This document shows positions 7,911 to 19,369 of a stretch of 64,000 bases of DNA, one piece after another. The first letter of the stretch is position 1. Every line of letters begins with the position of its first letter. The position numbers and the translations under genes were made by a program. Source of the DNA: an uncultured Clostridia bacterium (GTDB lineage Bacteria > Bacillota > Clostridia > Christensenellales > UBA1242); NCBI GenBank assembly GCA_944350115.1, contig CALVNZ010000004.1:2116-66115 (forward strand), written 5' to 3'. The notes beneath the pieces are model-generated. The model worked only from the letters and a program-made list of their open reading frames with translations, was not told the DNA's origin and did no database searches.

Positions 7911-9730
7911 TAAATATTTTCAGCAAGAAACATGCTTTTAAAAACTTTGTTTCTTTCAAAAAGTTCATCAAAAGTTCCTTCATCAACAATCACTCCTGCA
8001 TCTAAAAAGAAAATTTTGTCAACATCTTTGATTGTAGACAGTCTGTGTGCAACAATAACGATCGTGCTTGTCCCCTTTAAATTATCAATGGTTGCCTTTA
8101 TGTCATTTTGCGCAAAGTTGTCAAGCGAACTTGTGCTTTCATCAAAAATCAAAATATTTGAATTTCTCAACAACGCCCTCGCAATTGCAAGCCTTTGTTT
8201 TTGGCCGCCTGAAAGTTTGATTCCCCCTTCGCCAACTTTTGTTTCAATGCCTTTTGGTAAGGAATCAACAAATTCCCATAAAGATGCATTTTGCAAAGCC
8301 AGTTTTAATTCTTCTTCACTTGCCTCTGGTTTTGCTAAAATCAGATTTTCTTTTATGGTCATGTCAAAAATGTAAGGAAATTGATTAACCAATGAAATGT
8401 TTTTTCTTAAAGATTCTTTGTCCAAAGTTTTAATATCAACACCGCCAATCAAAATCTTTCCAGAATCCACATCATACATTTTTGTCAAAAGATTTAATAT
8501 TGTTGATTTGCCACTTCCACTTTTACCAACAAAAGCAACCGTCGTGTTTGGTTCAATTTTAAAGCAAAGTTTGTTAAAAATCTTATTTTCAGAAACAAGT
8601 TTCTTGTTTTTTATATCTTTATTGTTTTTGTTTTTCTTTGAAAAATCTTCTGCTGAAACACTTTTATATTCATACTCACGAAAAGTGAATGAAACATTTT
8701 TAAATTCAACATCACCAATCAAATTATCGACATGTTTTGTGCCAAATTTTTCAGTTTCAAACTCATCTTCATCAAACAGTGAAAACATTCTTTTTTGACA
8801 AACTTTGATATTCACAAATGTGTTTGACAAATTCCCCGCGCTATAAATTAAATTCCACAAAGAATCTCTGTTTGAATAAATAAGCATAAATGCCGCCAAG
8901 GTTAAGAGCCCTTTATCCATAAGCCAAATCGCGAACACCACAACAAGCAAAGTTCCAAGATTTATAATAAGATTCCTCGTTGACCAAAAATCTACATCTT
9001 TTTTGTCAGTTTTGTATCTTTGTTTACGATAATCTTCATACTTTTCACCGGAAACTTGTGATAATTTTTCTTCAAGTCCAAGTGATTTGATGTCTTTTTC
9101 GCTTCGCACAATTTCAGTTGTCAAAGAATGAACGCCATCATGTTTTTTCCTTGTTATCCACCTGTTTTTTCTACGCACCACAACTCTCTTTGTTTCGATA
9201 AGACCAGCAACGACAACCAAGAACACGAACATTAAGGCAACCCAAATGTTAAGTGTAGATATGTAAATAAGCATAATCAACGCTGTCATAATTGACATAA
9301 TCATGTCAACAACAGAAACTAGATTATCGACAATTTGAGCTGGATCTTCAACAATACGTTGAACAAATGCTCCAGTGTCGTGACTATTATATGTTTTTGA
9401 ATTTAACTTAAAAGCTTGTTTAGCTAAATCCAAGTTTAAAGTTGCCATTATTTTATTTGAACATTTAAAATAAACGATATTTAAAAAATAGTAACAACCC
9501 CGCTGAAAAATTGTCAATCCAATGATAATAGCCATATAAACAAGTGCTTTTTTTAAAAAATCAGGCTGTGTGATGATTTCAATAACATTGGCAAGCAAAA
9601 TAGTCATCAAAATAGAACATGCACCCGCTAAAATAGTCAAGAGCACATATAAAGCAATCCACCATTTATAATCTTTTAGATAAAACCAAATATTGATTTT
9701 TTGTTTTTTATCTTTTGTTTTTTCTTTCAT
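7910..9730 (-). CDS. ABC exporter, fused permease/ATPase (type I exporter, MsbA/LmrA-like)
   Basis: 606 aa with six predicted TM helices. Walker A is GKSGSGKST, the signature is LSGGQKQR and Walker B is ILIFDE. Confidence 0.9.
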   Translation of the reverse strand: MKEKTKDKKQKINIWFYLKDYKWWIALYVLLTILAGACSILMTILLANVIEIITQPDFLKKALVYMAIIIGLTIFQRGCYYFLNIVYFKCSNKIMATLNLDLAKQAFKLNSKTYNSHDTGAFVQRIVEDPAQIVDNLVSVVDMIMSIMTALIMLIYISTLNIWVALMFVFLVVVAGLIETKRVVVRRKNRWITRKKHDGVHSLTTEIVRSEKDIKSLGLEEKLSQVSGEKYEDYRKQRYKTDKKDVDFWSTRNLIINLGTLLVVVFAIWLMDKGLLTLAAFMLIYSNRDSLWNLIYSAGNLSNTFVNIKVCQKRMFSLFDEDEFETEKFGTKHVDNLIGDVEFKNVSFTFREYEYKSVSAEDFSKKNKNNKDIKNKKLVSENKIFNKLCFKIEPNTTVAFVGKSGSGKSTILNLLTKMYDVDSGKILIGGVDIKTLDKESLRKNISLVNQFPYIFDMTIKENLILAKPEASEEELKLALQNASLWEFVDSLPKGIETKVGEGGIKLSGGQKQRLAIARALLRNSNILIFDESTSSLDNFAQNDIKATIDNLKGTSTIVIVAHRLSTIKDVDKIFFLDAGVIVDEGTFDELFERNKVFKSMFLAENI

Positions 9731-9805
9731 TATTTCTCCAAAACACGCACATTATATCAAATATAAAGCATATTTTCAAGTTATTATGAAAAATTTCTAT
9801 AATCT

Positions 9806-9838
9806 TAAAAAATAAAAAACCTAGCTCAAATGCTAGGA
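9806..9838 (-). terminator. Intrinsic terminator after tRNA-Leu
   Basis: Minus strand reads CCTAGC-atttga-GCTAGG followed by TTTTTTATTTTTT. Confidence 0.65.
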
Positions 9839-9847
9839 TTTAAAATT

Positions 9848-9930
9848 TGGTGCGAGTGGTGGGACTTGAACCCACACTCTTTCGAACACGCCCCTTAAAC
9901 GTGCGCGTCTGCCGATTCCGCCACACTCGC
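9848..9930 (-). tRNA. tRNA-Leu, anticodon AAG (type II, long variable arm, CCA encoded)
   Basis: Hand fold: acceptor GCGAGTG/CACTCGC and 3-bp D stem GCG/CGC. Anticodon stem is CACGT/GCGTG with loop TTAAGGG (U33, A34 A35 G36, G37). Variable arm is TTC-GAAA-GAG, T arm is GTGGG-TTCAAGT-CCCAC, and the discriminator is A73 followed by CCA. Confidence 0.85.
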
Positions 9931-9943
9931 AAATCGTGGTTTA

Positions 9944-9972
9944 ATTATAATACACATCAGCTAATTTGTCAA
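9944..9972 (-). promoter_or_regulatory. Consensus sigma-A promoter for tRNA-Leu
   Basis: Minus strand reads TTGACA, a 17-nt spacer, then TATAAT. The -10 ends 13 nt before the tRNA 5' end. Confidence 0.75.
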
Positions 9973-10048
9973 ATGTTTTATTAAAAAATATAAATTTATT
10001 TTCATATTTGCATTATATTTGATATAATTTAATCGTAGGGAGAAAATT

Positions 10049-10615
10049 ATGAACAATAGTAAAAAAACATTAATTTTAGTTAGTGGAATTCTTGCAATTA
10101 TACAGGGTGTCGCTTTAGCTTTGATGGCTATCTTCATTAAACCCTTTTTAGATAAAGTATTAGAGATGGCAGTTATGAATGACCCGACAATAGCTGAACC
10201 TGATTTATCATTAATTAGGCAACAACTTGAATTAATGCAATCAACTTTACAAGTCTTTTGTGCAATCTTCGCAATAACTTCAACATTAGGTGGAATATTT
10301 TCTTTGGTATCCACAAGCAACTTCCAGCATTTTGAAGAAAAAAAAGGATTGTATATAACAGGCGCAATTTTTACAATAATTTCCAGCCCACTTTCTATTT
10401 CATCAATTTTGCTTTATATCAGTTTTGCAATACCTGCAAAAATAAAAACACCACAGAATCCTTCTGCTCCAATTCCCCCTGAGCCAACAAAAAACTATTC
10501 TGAAATGAAAGATGAAATTGAAGTTTTAAGAAGGTTGAAAGAAGACGGAGTTATAACTGAAGAAGAATTTAAAAAACAAATTTTGGAAATCTTAAACAAA
10601 AAAATGAAGCAGTGA
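10049..10615 (+). CDS. Membrane protein with C-terminal SHOCT domain
   Basis: 188 aa with about four TM segments and a Pro-rich linker (PQNPSAPIPPEP). The C-terminus EIEVLRRLKEDGVITEEEFKKQILEIL matches the SHOCT short C-terminal motif. GGGAGAA RBS. Confidence 0.75.
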   Translation: MNNSKKTLILVSGILAIIQGVALALMAIFIKPFLDKVLEMAVMNDPTIAEPDLSLIRQQLELMQSTLQVFCAIFAITSTLGGIFSLVSTSNFQHFEEKKGLYITGAIFTIISSPLSISSILLYISFAIPAKIKTPQNPSAPIPPEPTKNYSEMKDEIEVLRRLKEDGVITEEEFKKQILEILNKKMKQ

Positions 10616-10636
10616 AAATTTCACTGCTTTTTTTTA
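10608..10636. terminator. Bidirectional intrinsic terminator
   Basis: Stem AAGCAGTGAAA / TTTCACTGCTT followed by TTTTTTT. It sits between convergent genes and includes the stop codon of 10049..10615. Confidence 0.65.
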
Positions 10637-11902
10637 AATTGCTTCCTGTTTTGGTTTTTCCGCCCTTGGTTTTAAAACTATGTCTGGCTCGCCATCTTTG
10701 TTTTTAATAAACTTTTCAGTTATAATAACTTTTTCAATATTATTCTTTCCTGGCAAATCATACATGAGTTTCATCATTTTGCTTTCTAGGATTGTTCTTA
10801 ATCCCCTAGCACCCGTTTTTAATTCAATAGCTTTTTTTGAAACCGCGTTTAATGCTTCTGGCGTGAATTCTATGTCAATGCCATCAATTTTAAACATTTT
10901 TGTATATTGCTTCACAATGGAATTTTTTGGTTCGACCAAAATTTTAGACAAAGCATCTTCGTCCAAATCATCAAGCCCAACAACAACGGGCATTCTTCCA
11001 ACAAACTCTGGAATCAAACCAAATTTAATCAAATCATCTGGTTGAACTTCTTTTGCAAAGTTAAAATCTTTCTTTTCTTTGACAGTTTTAACATCTGCAT
11101 TAAAACCAACTGATGACGCATTCTTTCTGGCTTCAACAATAGAATCCAATCCCACAAACGCACCGCCACAAATAAACAAAATGTTTGTTGTGTCAATTTG
11201 AATCGTTTCTTGTTGAGGATGTTTTCTTCCACCTTGTGGTGGAACATTTGCAATGGTGCTTTCAATAATTTTCAAAAGAGCTTGTTGCACGCCTTCTCCT
11301 GCAACATCTCTGGTTATAGAAACATTTTGTGTTTTTTTGGCTATCTTGTCAATTTCGTCAATATAAATGATGCCTCGTTGTGCCTTTCTTATATCGTAAT
11401 CTGCATTTTGAATAAGCTTCAACAAAATGTTTTCAACATCATCTCCAACATATCCTGCTTCTGTAAGTGTTGTTGCATCAGCAGCAGCAAAAGGCACTTT
11501 TAAAATCTTCGCAAGCGTTTTTGCAAGCAAAGTTTTCCCAGAACCTGTTGGGCCAATCATTAAGATATTGCTTTTTTCAAGTTCAATTTCATCGCCCTTG
11601 TCTTTTTTTGAAAAATTGTAATTGATTCGTTTATAGTGATTATAAACAGAAACAGCAAGCACGCGTTTTGCATCATCTTGGCCAATGATATATTCGTCAA
11701 GTTTAGCTTTAATTTCTGCTGGAATAGGCAATTCAATTTTGCCTAAATCAGCTTGTTGCTCGTCTTCCTTAATGATTTCTTTGCATATAGCAATGCATTC
11801 ATCGCATATAAAAGCTTCGCCATTAGGACTAGCGATAATCTTTTTAGCATTCTTTTGTGGCTTGCCACAAAACGAGCAAGAACAAGTTTCTGAATTTTTC
11901 AA
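10634..11902 (-). CDS. clpX: ATP-dependent Clp protease ATP-binding subunit ClpX
   Basis: 422 aa. N-terminal zinc finger is CSFCGK...CDEC, Walker A is GPTGSGKT, and it lies directly downstream of clpP. Confidence 0.97.
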   Translation of the reverse strand: MKNSETCSCSFCGKPQKNAKKIIASPNGEAFICDECIAICKEIIKEDEQQADLGKIELPIPAEIKAKLDEYIIGQDDAKRVLAVSVYNHYKRINYNFSKKDKGDEIELEKSNILMIGPTGSGKTLLAKTLAKILKVPFAAADATTLTEAGYVGDDVENILLKLIQNADYDIRKAQRGIIYIDEIDKIAKKTQNVSITRDVAGEGVQQALLKIIESTIANVPPQGGRKHPQQETIQIDTTNILFICGGAFVGLDSIVEARKNASSVGFNADVKTVKEKKDFNFAKEVQPDDLIKFGLIPEFVGRMPVVVGLDDLDEDALSKILVEPKNSIVKQYTKMFKIDGIDIEFTPEALNAVSKKAIELKTGARGLRTILESKMMKLMYDLPGKNNIEKVIITEKFIKNKDGEPDIVLKPRAEKPKQEAI

Positions 11903-12511
11903 TCACTCCCCCTTCTTTTGAGCTTTTCTTGTCACAAAAATTTGATCCACAAGCCCATAATTTTTTGCTTCTTCGGCAGTCATATAATTATCTCGATCCG
12001 TGTCTTTTTCAATAATTTTCAAACTTTTGCCTGTGTTTTCACTTAGTATTTCGTTAATTTTTTCTTTTATGCGAGCAATATGTCTTGCTTGAATAGCAAT
12101 ATCGCTTGCCTGACCTTGCGCGCCACCAAGAGGTTGATGAATCATGATTTCACTGTTTGGCAACGCAAATCTTTTGCCTTTTGTTCCGCTTGAAAGCAAA
12201 AATGCACCCATAGATGCCGCCAAACCAACACAAATTGTTGCGACATCACACTTAATATATTGCATAGTGTCATAAATGGCAAATCCTGCACTGACGCTTC
12301 CTCCTGGGCTGTTGATATATAAGAATATGTCTTTATCGGGATTTTTGCCTTCCAAATAAATTAATTGAGCAATAACCAAATTGGCAACATTATCATCGAT
12401 CTCACCATTTAAAAAGATAATTCGATCTTCAAGCAATCTTGAATAAATATCATAAGATCTTTCTCCTGCACCTTTTTGGTCAACAACCATAGGTATTAAC
12501 ATTTTTTTCAC
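11903..12511 (-). CDS. clpP: ATP-dependent Clp protease proteolytic subunit ClpP
   Basis: 202 aa. Motifs seen: GLAASMGAF (catalytic Ser), IMIHQP (His) and [11 protein letters not shown]. Confidence 0.97.
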   Translation of the reverse strand: MKKMLIPMVVDQKGAGERSYDIYSRLLEDRIIFLNGEIDDNVANLVIAQLIYLEGKNPDKDIFLYINSPGGSVSAGFAIYDTMQYIKCDVATICVGLAASMGAFLLSSGTKGKRFALPNSEIMIHQPLGGAQGQASDIAIQARHIARIKEKINEILSENTGKSLKIIEKDTDRDNYMTAEEAKNYGLVDQIFVTRKAQKKGE

Positions 12512-12531
12512 CTCTTAAAATTAAAATTTAA

Positions 12532-13803
12532 TTAAGCATTTTTTGATTTCAAGAAAGCAATAAGTTTATTCATTAATATATCGTTTTGAATGTAACTAAA
12601 TTCATAGTCAGAAAGTGTTTTTTCAACTTCTTCACAAGATTGCCCTCTTGCATCAGCTAATTCATGAATTTTTGCATGAATTTCTTCGTGATCAATCGTT
12701 ATTCCATTATCTTTCACAACTTTTTGCAAAACTAAACGAGTTTTTAAAGTTCTTTCTGCTTCTTTTTGTTGCTCTGCATCGAATTCTTCCATAGTTTTGC
12801 CAATATATGAAAGATAATCTTCAAGTTTGATTTGTTGATAAGCAAGTCTGTTTTTAAAATCTTCAATCAAATGGCTCTTTTCATGATCAACCATAGATTT
12901 TGGCAAATCAAGCTTTGCTTTTGACACAAGTTGTTCTATTAAAGAATTTTCAAACTCTCTTTCAATTTGTGCTTCTTTGGTTTTAAGCATTTTTGCCTTT
13001 ACATCATTTTTATAGTCTTCAACTGTCGCAAATTCTGTCGCAAAAGAAACAAGTTTGTCATTTAATTCAGGCACTTCTTTCTTTTCAACTTTTTTAACTT
13101 TAACATCGAAATCTGCTGGTTTCCCTGCCAGATTTTCAGCTGGATATTTTTCTGGGAAAGTCACTTTCACAACCTTATTGTCACCAACTTTCATTCCAAC
13201 TATTTGATCTTCAAAACCTTCAATAAATGTGTGCGATCCAAGTTCGAGCCTATAATCTTCTGCACTTCCACCTTCAAATTTCACGCCATCAACTGCGCCC
13301 GTAAAATCAATAGTAACAAAATCTCCATTTTCTGCCGGCTCGTCTTTTTCAACAAATCTAGCTTGACCTTCAACAAATCTCTTTACTTCAACTTCAATTT
13401 CTTGTTCAGTCACAGAAGGTTTGTTTTTCTTTACATTCAAAGCGATTGGGCCAAGTTCAACCTCTGGCATCAAATCAACAGTTAAAGTCACCTTTAAGCC
13501 ATCAGCAGTCATAGAATCAATGTTGACTTTTGGATAGTCTGCTGGTTCAAATTCTTGATTGTTTTTCAAAAATTCAGCATATTCAGCTGAAACGACATCA
13601 TCAAAAGCATCATCATAAAAAACAGTATCACCATAATTCTTTTCGATAACTTTTCTTGGTGCTTTACCTTTTCTAAAACCTTGAATGTTGTATTTACCTT
13701 TGTTTTTTTCGTAAGATTTTTCAATCGCTTCTTCCCAATTAGCTCCTGAAATCTCTATTTTTAATTTCAAAGTTCCTTTTTCACTTTTTTCGCGTGTAAC
13801 CAT
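12532..13803 (-). CDS. tig: Trigger factor
   Basis: The ORF track extends to 13878. The ATG at 13803 is preceded by GGAGAAA and gives MVTREKSEKGTLKLKIE... The product has an FKBP-type PPIase middle domain, and the tig-clpP-clpX order is conserved. Confidence 0.93.
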   Translation of the reverse strand: MVTREKSEKGTLKLKIEISGANWEEAIEKSYEKNKGKYNIQGFRKGKAPRKVIEKNYGDTVFYDDAFDDVVSAEYAEFLKNNQEFEPADYPKVNIDSMTADGLKVTLTVDLMPEVELGPIALNVKKNKPSVTEQEIEVEVKRFVEGQARFVEKDEPAENGDFVTIDFTGAVDGVKFEGGSAEDYRLELGSHTFIEGFEDQIVGMKVGDNKVVKVTFPEKYPAENLAGKPADFDVKVKKVEKKEVPELNDKLVSFATEFATVEDYKNDVKAKMLKTKEAQIEREFENSLIEQLVSKAKLDLPKSMVDHEKSHLIEDFKNRLAYQQIKLEDYLSYIGKTMEEFDAEQQKEAERTLKTRLVLQKVVKDNGITIDHEEIHAKIHELADARGQSCEEVEKTLSDYEFSYIQNDILMNKLIAFLKSKNA

Positions 13804-13835
13804 AATAAATTTCTCCTTTTTAATCTGCGTTATTA

Positions 13836-13864
13836 ATTTTATCACACCACAATTAATTATACAA
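13836..13864 (-). promoter_or_regulatory. Extended -10 promoter for tig
   Basis: Minus strand reads TTGTAT, a 17-nt spacer ending in TGa, then TAAAAT. Confidence 0.5.
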
Positions 13865-13865
13865 G

Positions 13866-13890
13866 CAAAAAGGGGCAATTAGCCCCAAAA
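13866..13890 (-). terminator. Intrinsic terminator
   Basis: Minus strand reads GGGGC-taatt-GCCCC followed by TTTTT, downstream of the stop at 13917. Confidence 0.55.
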
Positions 13891-13916
13891 TTTACTATTT
13901 TCATGTCGAAAAGCCA

Positions 13917-14288
13917 CTAAAAGAACATTGCAACTATCAAAGCGACCCCTGCCCCAAAACTAAAAAAGATTTCTAAAAAATATGTCAATCTTTCTTTAAA
14001 AATAGAGCGCTTAAATTTTTTCATGTAAAGTTTTTTATTTGCGTTTATGACATCCATTGACAAATGTTTTTTATTTACTATTTCCGCAGCAAACAACTTA
14101 AATCTTTCTGGATATGTTTTTTTAGAATTAACAAAAGCCAAAACAAATTCAACACCCCAATAAATAAAGAAAGCAGCTGTGAGTGCCATTGTCACATAAT
14201 TTTTTTTGTAATCAGCAAAATAATATTCCAAAATTACTGCTGTCGTTATGGCTAAAAGTCCAGCGCAACTGACAATAAATTTTCTCAT
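13917..14288 (-). CDS. Small integral membrane protein (hypothetical)
   Basis: The ORF track extension to 14414 overlaps the upstream gene. The ATG at 14288 with an AAGGAG RBS gives MRKFIVSCAGLLAITTAVILEY..., about 124 aa with 3-4 TM segments. Confidence 0.55.
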   Translation of the reverse strand: MRKFIVSCAGLLAITTAVILEYYFADYKKNYVTMALTAAFFIYWGVEFVLAFVNSKKTYPERFKLFAAEIVNKKHLSMDVINANKKLYMKKFKRSIFKERLTYFLEIFFSFGAGVALIVAMFF

Positions 14289-14296
14289 AAAACTCC

Positions 14297-14596
14297 TTAA
14301 AGGACAATGTTGACAATGTAAAGAACGACAATTGAAACAGTAAAAATCACATATAAAATAAGCCAAGCCAAATGAGTTTTTCTTTTCACCCAAAGTCCAG
14401 CAACAATAATGCAAACCACATATGCTATGGCCTCTCCAACATATCTAAATGCATCAGCAAGTGTTTTACTTCCAAAAATTGCACTAAGAAGAAGAGCCAC
14501 AGCGATGCATCCAATGCCGATATAAGCCAAAAGTTCAATAGTTTTTTCCCATGACCAACTTGACTTATTGCCATTAAATCTTTTTTGTTCGTCCAT
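14297..14596 (-). CDS. Small integral membrane protein (hypothetical)
   Basis: 99 aa with three hydrophobic segments. It is tightly packed between gap and the next membrane ORF. Confidence 0.5.
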   Translation of the reverse strand: MDEQKRFNGNKSSWSWEKTIELLAYIGIGCIAVALLLSAIFGSKTLADAFRYVGEAIAYVVCIIVAGLWVKRKTHLAWLILYVIFTVSIVVLYIVNIVL

Positions 14597-14597
14597 T

Positions 14598-16374
<1,777 letters not shown>

Positions 16375-16382
16375 AATCCCTC

Positions 16383-16802
16383 CTATAATTTTTTTATCCT
16401 ACGAAAATGTCTTCCACCCTCAAAGGTTGTTGTAAGAAAAACCTTGATAATTCTTATAGCTTTGTTTGCTCTCATGTAACTACCTGGCAAAACCAAAACA
16501 TTGGCATCATTGTGTGCCCTTGCAAGTTCAGCAAATTTCGCAGAAGTGCAAAGAGCAGCCCTAATTTTTGGATTTCTGTTTGCAGCAATAGACATACCAA
16601 TCCCTGTTCCACAAATAAAAATACCTACATTGTGAGAGTCTTCCAAAACTTTTGCAACACCTTTTTTGGCAAAATCAGGATAATCAACTCCTTCTTTTGA
16701 ATAAGTCCCCACATCAATAGTGATGATTGATTCGTTATTAAAAAACTTTTTAATTTTTTCCTTTAATTCATACCCTCGATGATCACAAGCTAAAATAATC
16801 AC
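16383..16802 (-). CDS. rpiB: Ribose-5-phosphate isomerase B (RpiB/LacAB family)
   Basis: 139 aa. Motifs ACDHRGYELK and ICGTGIGMSIAANR are present. It is adjacent to a ywlE-like phosphatase, as in Bacillus. Confidence 0.9.
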   Translation of the reverse strand: MIILACDHRGYELKEKIKKFFNNESIITIDVGTYSKEGVDYPDFAKKGVAKVLEDSHNVGIFICGTGIGMSIAANRNPKIRAALCTSAKFAELARAHNDANVLVLPGSYMRANKAIRIIKVFLTTTFEGGRHFRRIKKL

Positions 16803-17236
16803 ACTTCGCCTCCAATTTTAATCAGTTTTTCAATCAAGTTTTTGCATGCGCTGTCAATCAATTTTGCACAATTTAAATAAGTTTCATAATCTTGACCATA
16901 AGGATCAAAAATTTCTTGCCCGCACAAATCTTTCATTTCAATCACTCTTCCATTTACTTTAGCTTTTATTGAAGATGTCATAGCAATATAAAGAGTTTTT
17001 TGATCAAATTTTTTTAACTTAACGCTTTTTCTTTTTGCACCACTTGCTCCAAGGGTTTTCAACGCCTTGCAAGCATTTTCAGTGCTCATCTCACCTGTCG
17101 CTTCCAATCCCCTTGAAGAAACTTGAACAAAATCAATATTTGATTTTTTTAAATATTTCTTCATGAGCCTCTCTGCCATAAAAGAGCGACATGTGTTGCC
17201 TGTGCACAAAAAGCATAATTTTATTTTCCCTTGCAT
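16799..17236 (-). CDS. Low-molecular-weight protein phosphatase (YwlE-like, Arg/Tyr phosphatase family)
   Basis: 145 aa. It has the CX5R(S) P-loop CTGNTCRS near the N-terminus and a 4-nt overlap with rpiB. Confidence 0.85.
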   Translation of the reverse strand: MQGKIKLCFLCTGNTCRSFMAERLMKKYLKKSNIDFVQVSSRGLEATGEMSTENACKALKTLGASGAKRKSVKLKKFDQKTLYIAMTSSIKAKVNGRVIEMKDLCGQEIFDPYGQDYETYLNCAKLIDSACKNLIEKLIKIGGEV

Positions 17237-17277
17237 GAAAAAATTTTAACACATATTAAAAAAAAATCAAAGTAAAC

Positions 17278-17628
17278 TTACTTTGATTTTTTCTTTTTCA
17301 AAAATTTAGCAATGTCGATTTCTTTGCTTTTGTAAAGTCTATCAAGGTTATATTTTGCCCGCGAAGAACTTGTGAACAAATGAACAAGTATTTTGTTGAA
17401 AGGAAGAATAATCCACTCGCCTTTATGATAACCATCTTTTTCATCAACAAGATCAAAATTATTAGTTAAATCATCAGCTATTTTTTTATTTTCTTCGGCA
17501 GTTTGACAACTTGCGATAACAAAAAATTTTTCATCGCCATTTTCTGTTAAATCAAAAGCGACAACATTTTTGCATTTTTCATTTTTTAAAAATTCAAAAA
17601 TTTCAATTAATTTTTCGTTCATAATCAA
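17278..17628 (-). CDS. rsfS: Ribosome silencing factor RsfS (iojap family)
   Basis: 116 aa. The block GEWIILPFNKILVHLFTSSSRAKYNLDRLY is characteristic of RsfS. Confidence 0.9.
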   Translation of the reverse strand: MIMNEKLIEIFEFLKNEKCKNVVAFDLTENGDEKFFVIASCQTAEENKKIADDLTNNFDLVDEKDGYHKGEWIILPFNKILVHLFTSSSRAKYNLDRLYKSKEIDIAKFLKKKKSK

Positions 17629-17712
17629 CCTTTCTACATTTTACAATAAAATTTTCAAAATTACAATAATTTTTGCCTTTTTTTTCAATAAAAATATGAC
17701 CAAAAATATATT

Positions 17713-18513
17713 ATGCAAAAAGTATCACGGATTTTTCAAATTTTATTTAAATATTTGTTAATATTTTTTATCACATTCATCTGGGTAAGATATTTTATTA
17801 AATCTCTTTGGCAAGCGGTTTTAATATCCATTGCAATAACAGCCATAATAAATTTTATTATGAGAATTATTACAAATAAAAAAAATTATTATGCAATTTT
17901 AAAAAAAACCGAACGCGAAGAAGCAGAAAACATGTTTTTGACTTTAACGTTAAATAAAAATGCATTGCCATTTTATTTCAAACTAGTTTCTTCTCGACAT
18001 TCATGCGAGAAAAAATCAAATTTTGTATTGATCAATCATTCTGAAAGCAAAGTGGCATTATACCCACACAATTCTTTTAATCCTGTCTCGCCTGATGACA
18101 TCGCAAACATTATCAACAAGGTCAAAAAATACAACCCAACAAAACTTGTCATTCCATGTTTCACCGCAACAAAAGAAGCATTTTCTTTTGCAAAAAACTT
18201 TAATATGGAAATTATAATTTTAGATCAATATGAAACTTATCAAAAACTATTTAAAGCATACAACATTTTCCCAAGCATAACTGACAAATATAAAAAAGAC
18301 AAACGCCTTGCTTTCAAAGATCTCGCAATGTTTTCGTTGAATAAAGCAAGGGCAAAAGGCTACTTTTTTTCTGCAATTATTTTAGTGTTATCATCATTTT
18401 TTGTCAGAGCAAACTTATATTATTGCATTGTCGCTTCTATATTGGTTGTGCTTGCAATCATTTCTATTTACGATCCATTTTCAAAAAACAAACCTAAAAC
18501 TGAAATTTTATAA
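17713..18513 (+). CDS. Hypothetical membrane protein (two TM pairs flanking a soluble alpha/beta-like domain)
   Basis: 266 aa with two N-terminal and two C-terminal hydrophobic helices. No recognisable catalytic motif. Confidence 0.5.
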   Translation: MQKVSRIFQILFKYLLIFFITFIWVRYFIKSLWQAVLISIAITAIINFIMRIITNKKNYYAILKKTEREEAENMFLTLTLNKNALPFYFKLVSSRHSCEKKSNFVLINHSESKVALYPHNSFNPVSPDDIANIINKVKKYNPTKLVIPCFTATKEAFSFAKNFNMEIIILDQYETYQKLFKAYNIFPSITDKYKKDKRLAFKDLAMFSLNKARAKGYFFSAIILVLSSFFVRANLYYCIVASILVVLAIISIYDPFSKNKPKTEIL

Positions 18514-18810
18514 TTAAATTTCAATGTTGTGTTTTTTCTTTTTTGTCGACTTTTTGTAAATAATTAAAATTGAACCAATCACTTGAACAGGCTCTGCATT
18601 TAATTTTTCACAAATCTGTTGCATCATTGTTTTTGAATCAATAGGACAAGTTTTTAAAAGCTTAATTTTTATAAGTTCACGTGCTTCTAATAGCAAATCG
18701 ATGGCTTCAAATGAATTTTCTGAAAGCCCATCTTTGCCAACTTGCATCACTGGATCAAGAGCGTTTCCAAGTGCTCTTAAACTTGCTCTCTGTTTAGAAG
18801 TAAGCATCAA
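18514..18810 (-). CDS. yhbY: Ribosome assembly RNA-binding protein YhbY (CRM domain)
   Basis: 98 aa. [30 protein letters not shown]... matches the YhbY/CRS1 pattern. Confidence 0.88.
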   Translation of the reverse strand: MMLTSKQRASLRALGNALDPVMQVGKDGLSENSFEAIDLLLEARELIKIKLLKTCPIDSKTMMQQICEKLNAEPVQVIGSILIIYKKSTKKKKHNIEI

Positions 18811-18821
18811 AATCTCCCCCC

Positions 18822-19358
18822 TTAAATTTTAATCCAAAATCTTTTGTAAGTTTTGCCGTTTTTTTCAAATTTTCTTTTATCTTCGTAAATTCCACCAGCT
18901 TTTAAAATGCTTTTTTCTGATCCGATATTATGTTCTTCACAGGTTATTAAAATTTTATCAAAACCCATTTTTTTTGCTAACTTTAAACCAAGCAAAATCA
19001 TGCGTGTTGAATATCCTTTATTGCGTTCGCTTGGCCTAATCGAACCTCCAAAATTTCCACCAAAATTAAACAAATGGTCGTTAAGTTTTGTTCTTATTTG
19101 AAGAGTGCCTAAAATCTTTCCGTCTTCCCGTCTTTTAAGCAAATATTGAATTGCTGGGACATAATTAGCTTGTGGCATCGTCTCTTCTTTTTCACAAAGT
19201 TTCATTCTTTTAAACCATTCTTTAAAATTTGAAATATCAAACAGCGCACTTGCCCCAGGGATCATGGTCTCACCATTGTCAATAAATTCTTGACGATATT
19301 TTAAAATTTCTTTTTCATCTGAAAGTTTAGGTCTAACCAGATAAATATCTTTTGTCAT
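18822..19358 (-). CDS. GNAT family N-acetyltransferase
   Basis: The ORF track start at 19370 is a GTG overlapping the obg stop. The ATG at 19358 follows GGGAGAA. An acetyl-CoA-binding-like block [21 protein letters not shown] is present. Confidence 0.8.
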   Translation of the reverse strand: MTKDIYLVRPKLSDEKEILKYRQEFIDNGETMIPGASALFDISNFKEWFKRMKLCEKEETMPQANYVPAIQYLLKRREDGKILGTLQIRTKLNDHLFNFGGNFGGSIRPSERNKGYSTRMILLGLKLAKKMGFDKILITCEEHNIGSEKSILKAGGIYEDKRKFEKNGKTYKRFWIKI

Positions 19359-19369
19359 AAATTCTCCCA

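Noticed and set aside
9961-10320. 119-aa minus-strand ORF
   Set aside because: It overlaps the consensus tRNA-Leu promoter and lies antisense to the well-supported SHOCT membrane protein gene (10049..10615). It is most likely a shadow ORF.
12532-13878. N-terminal extensions given by the ORF track for tig and other genes: gap (15629), GNAT (19370), lysS (22781), sigA (26651), 30456..31100 and truA (42775)
   Set aside because: In each case an internal ATG is preceded by a good GGAGG-type RBS and starts exactly at the conserved family N-terminus. The upstream extension has no RBS or overlaps the neighbouring gene. Coordinates were trimmed accordingly.
17713-18513. Possible PD-(D/E)xK restriction-endonuclease-like domain (an E-S-K triplet) in the membrane protein between rsfS and yhbY
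   Set aside because: Only a single short triplet and a vague alpha/beta pattern support it. No upstream acidic residue or other nuclease motif could be identified by eye.
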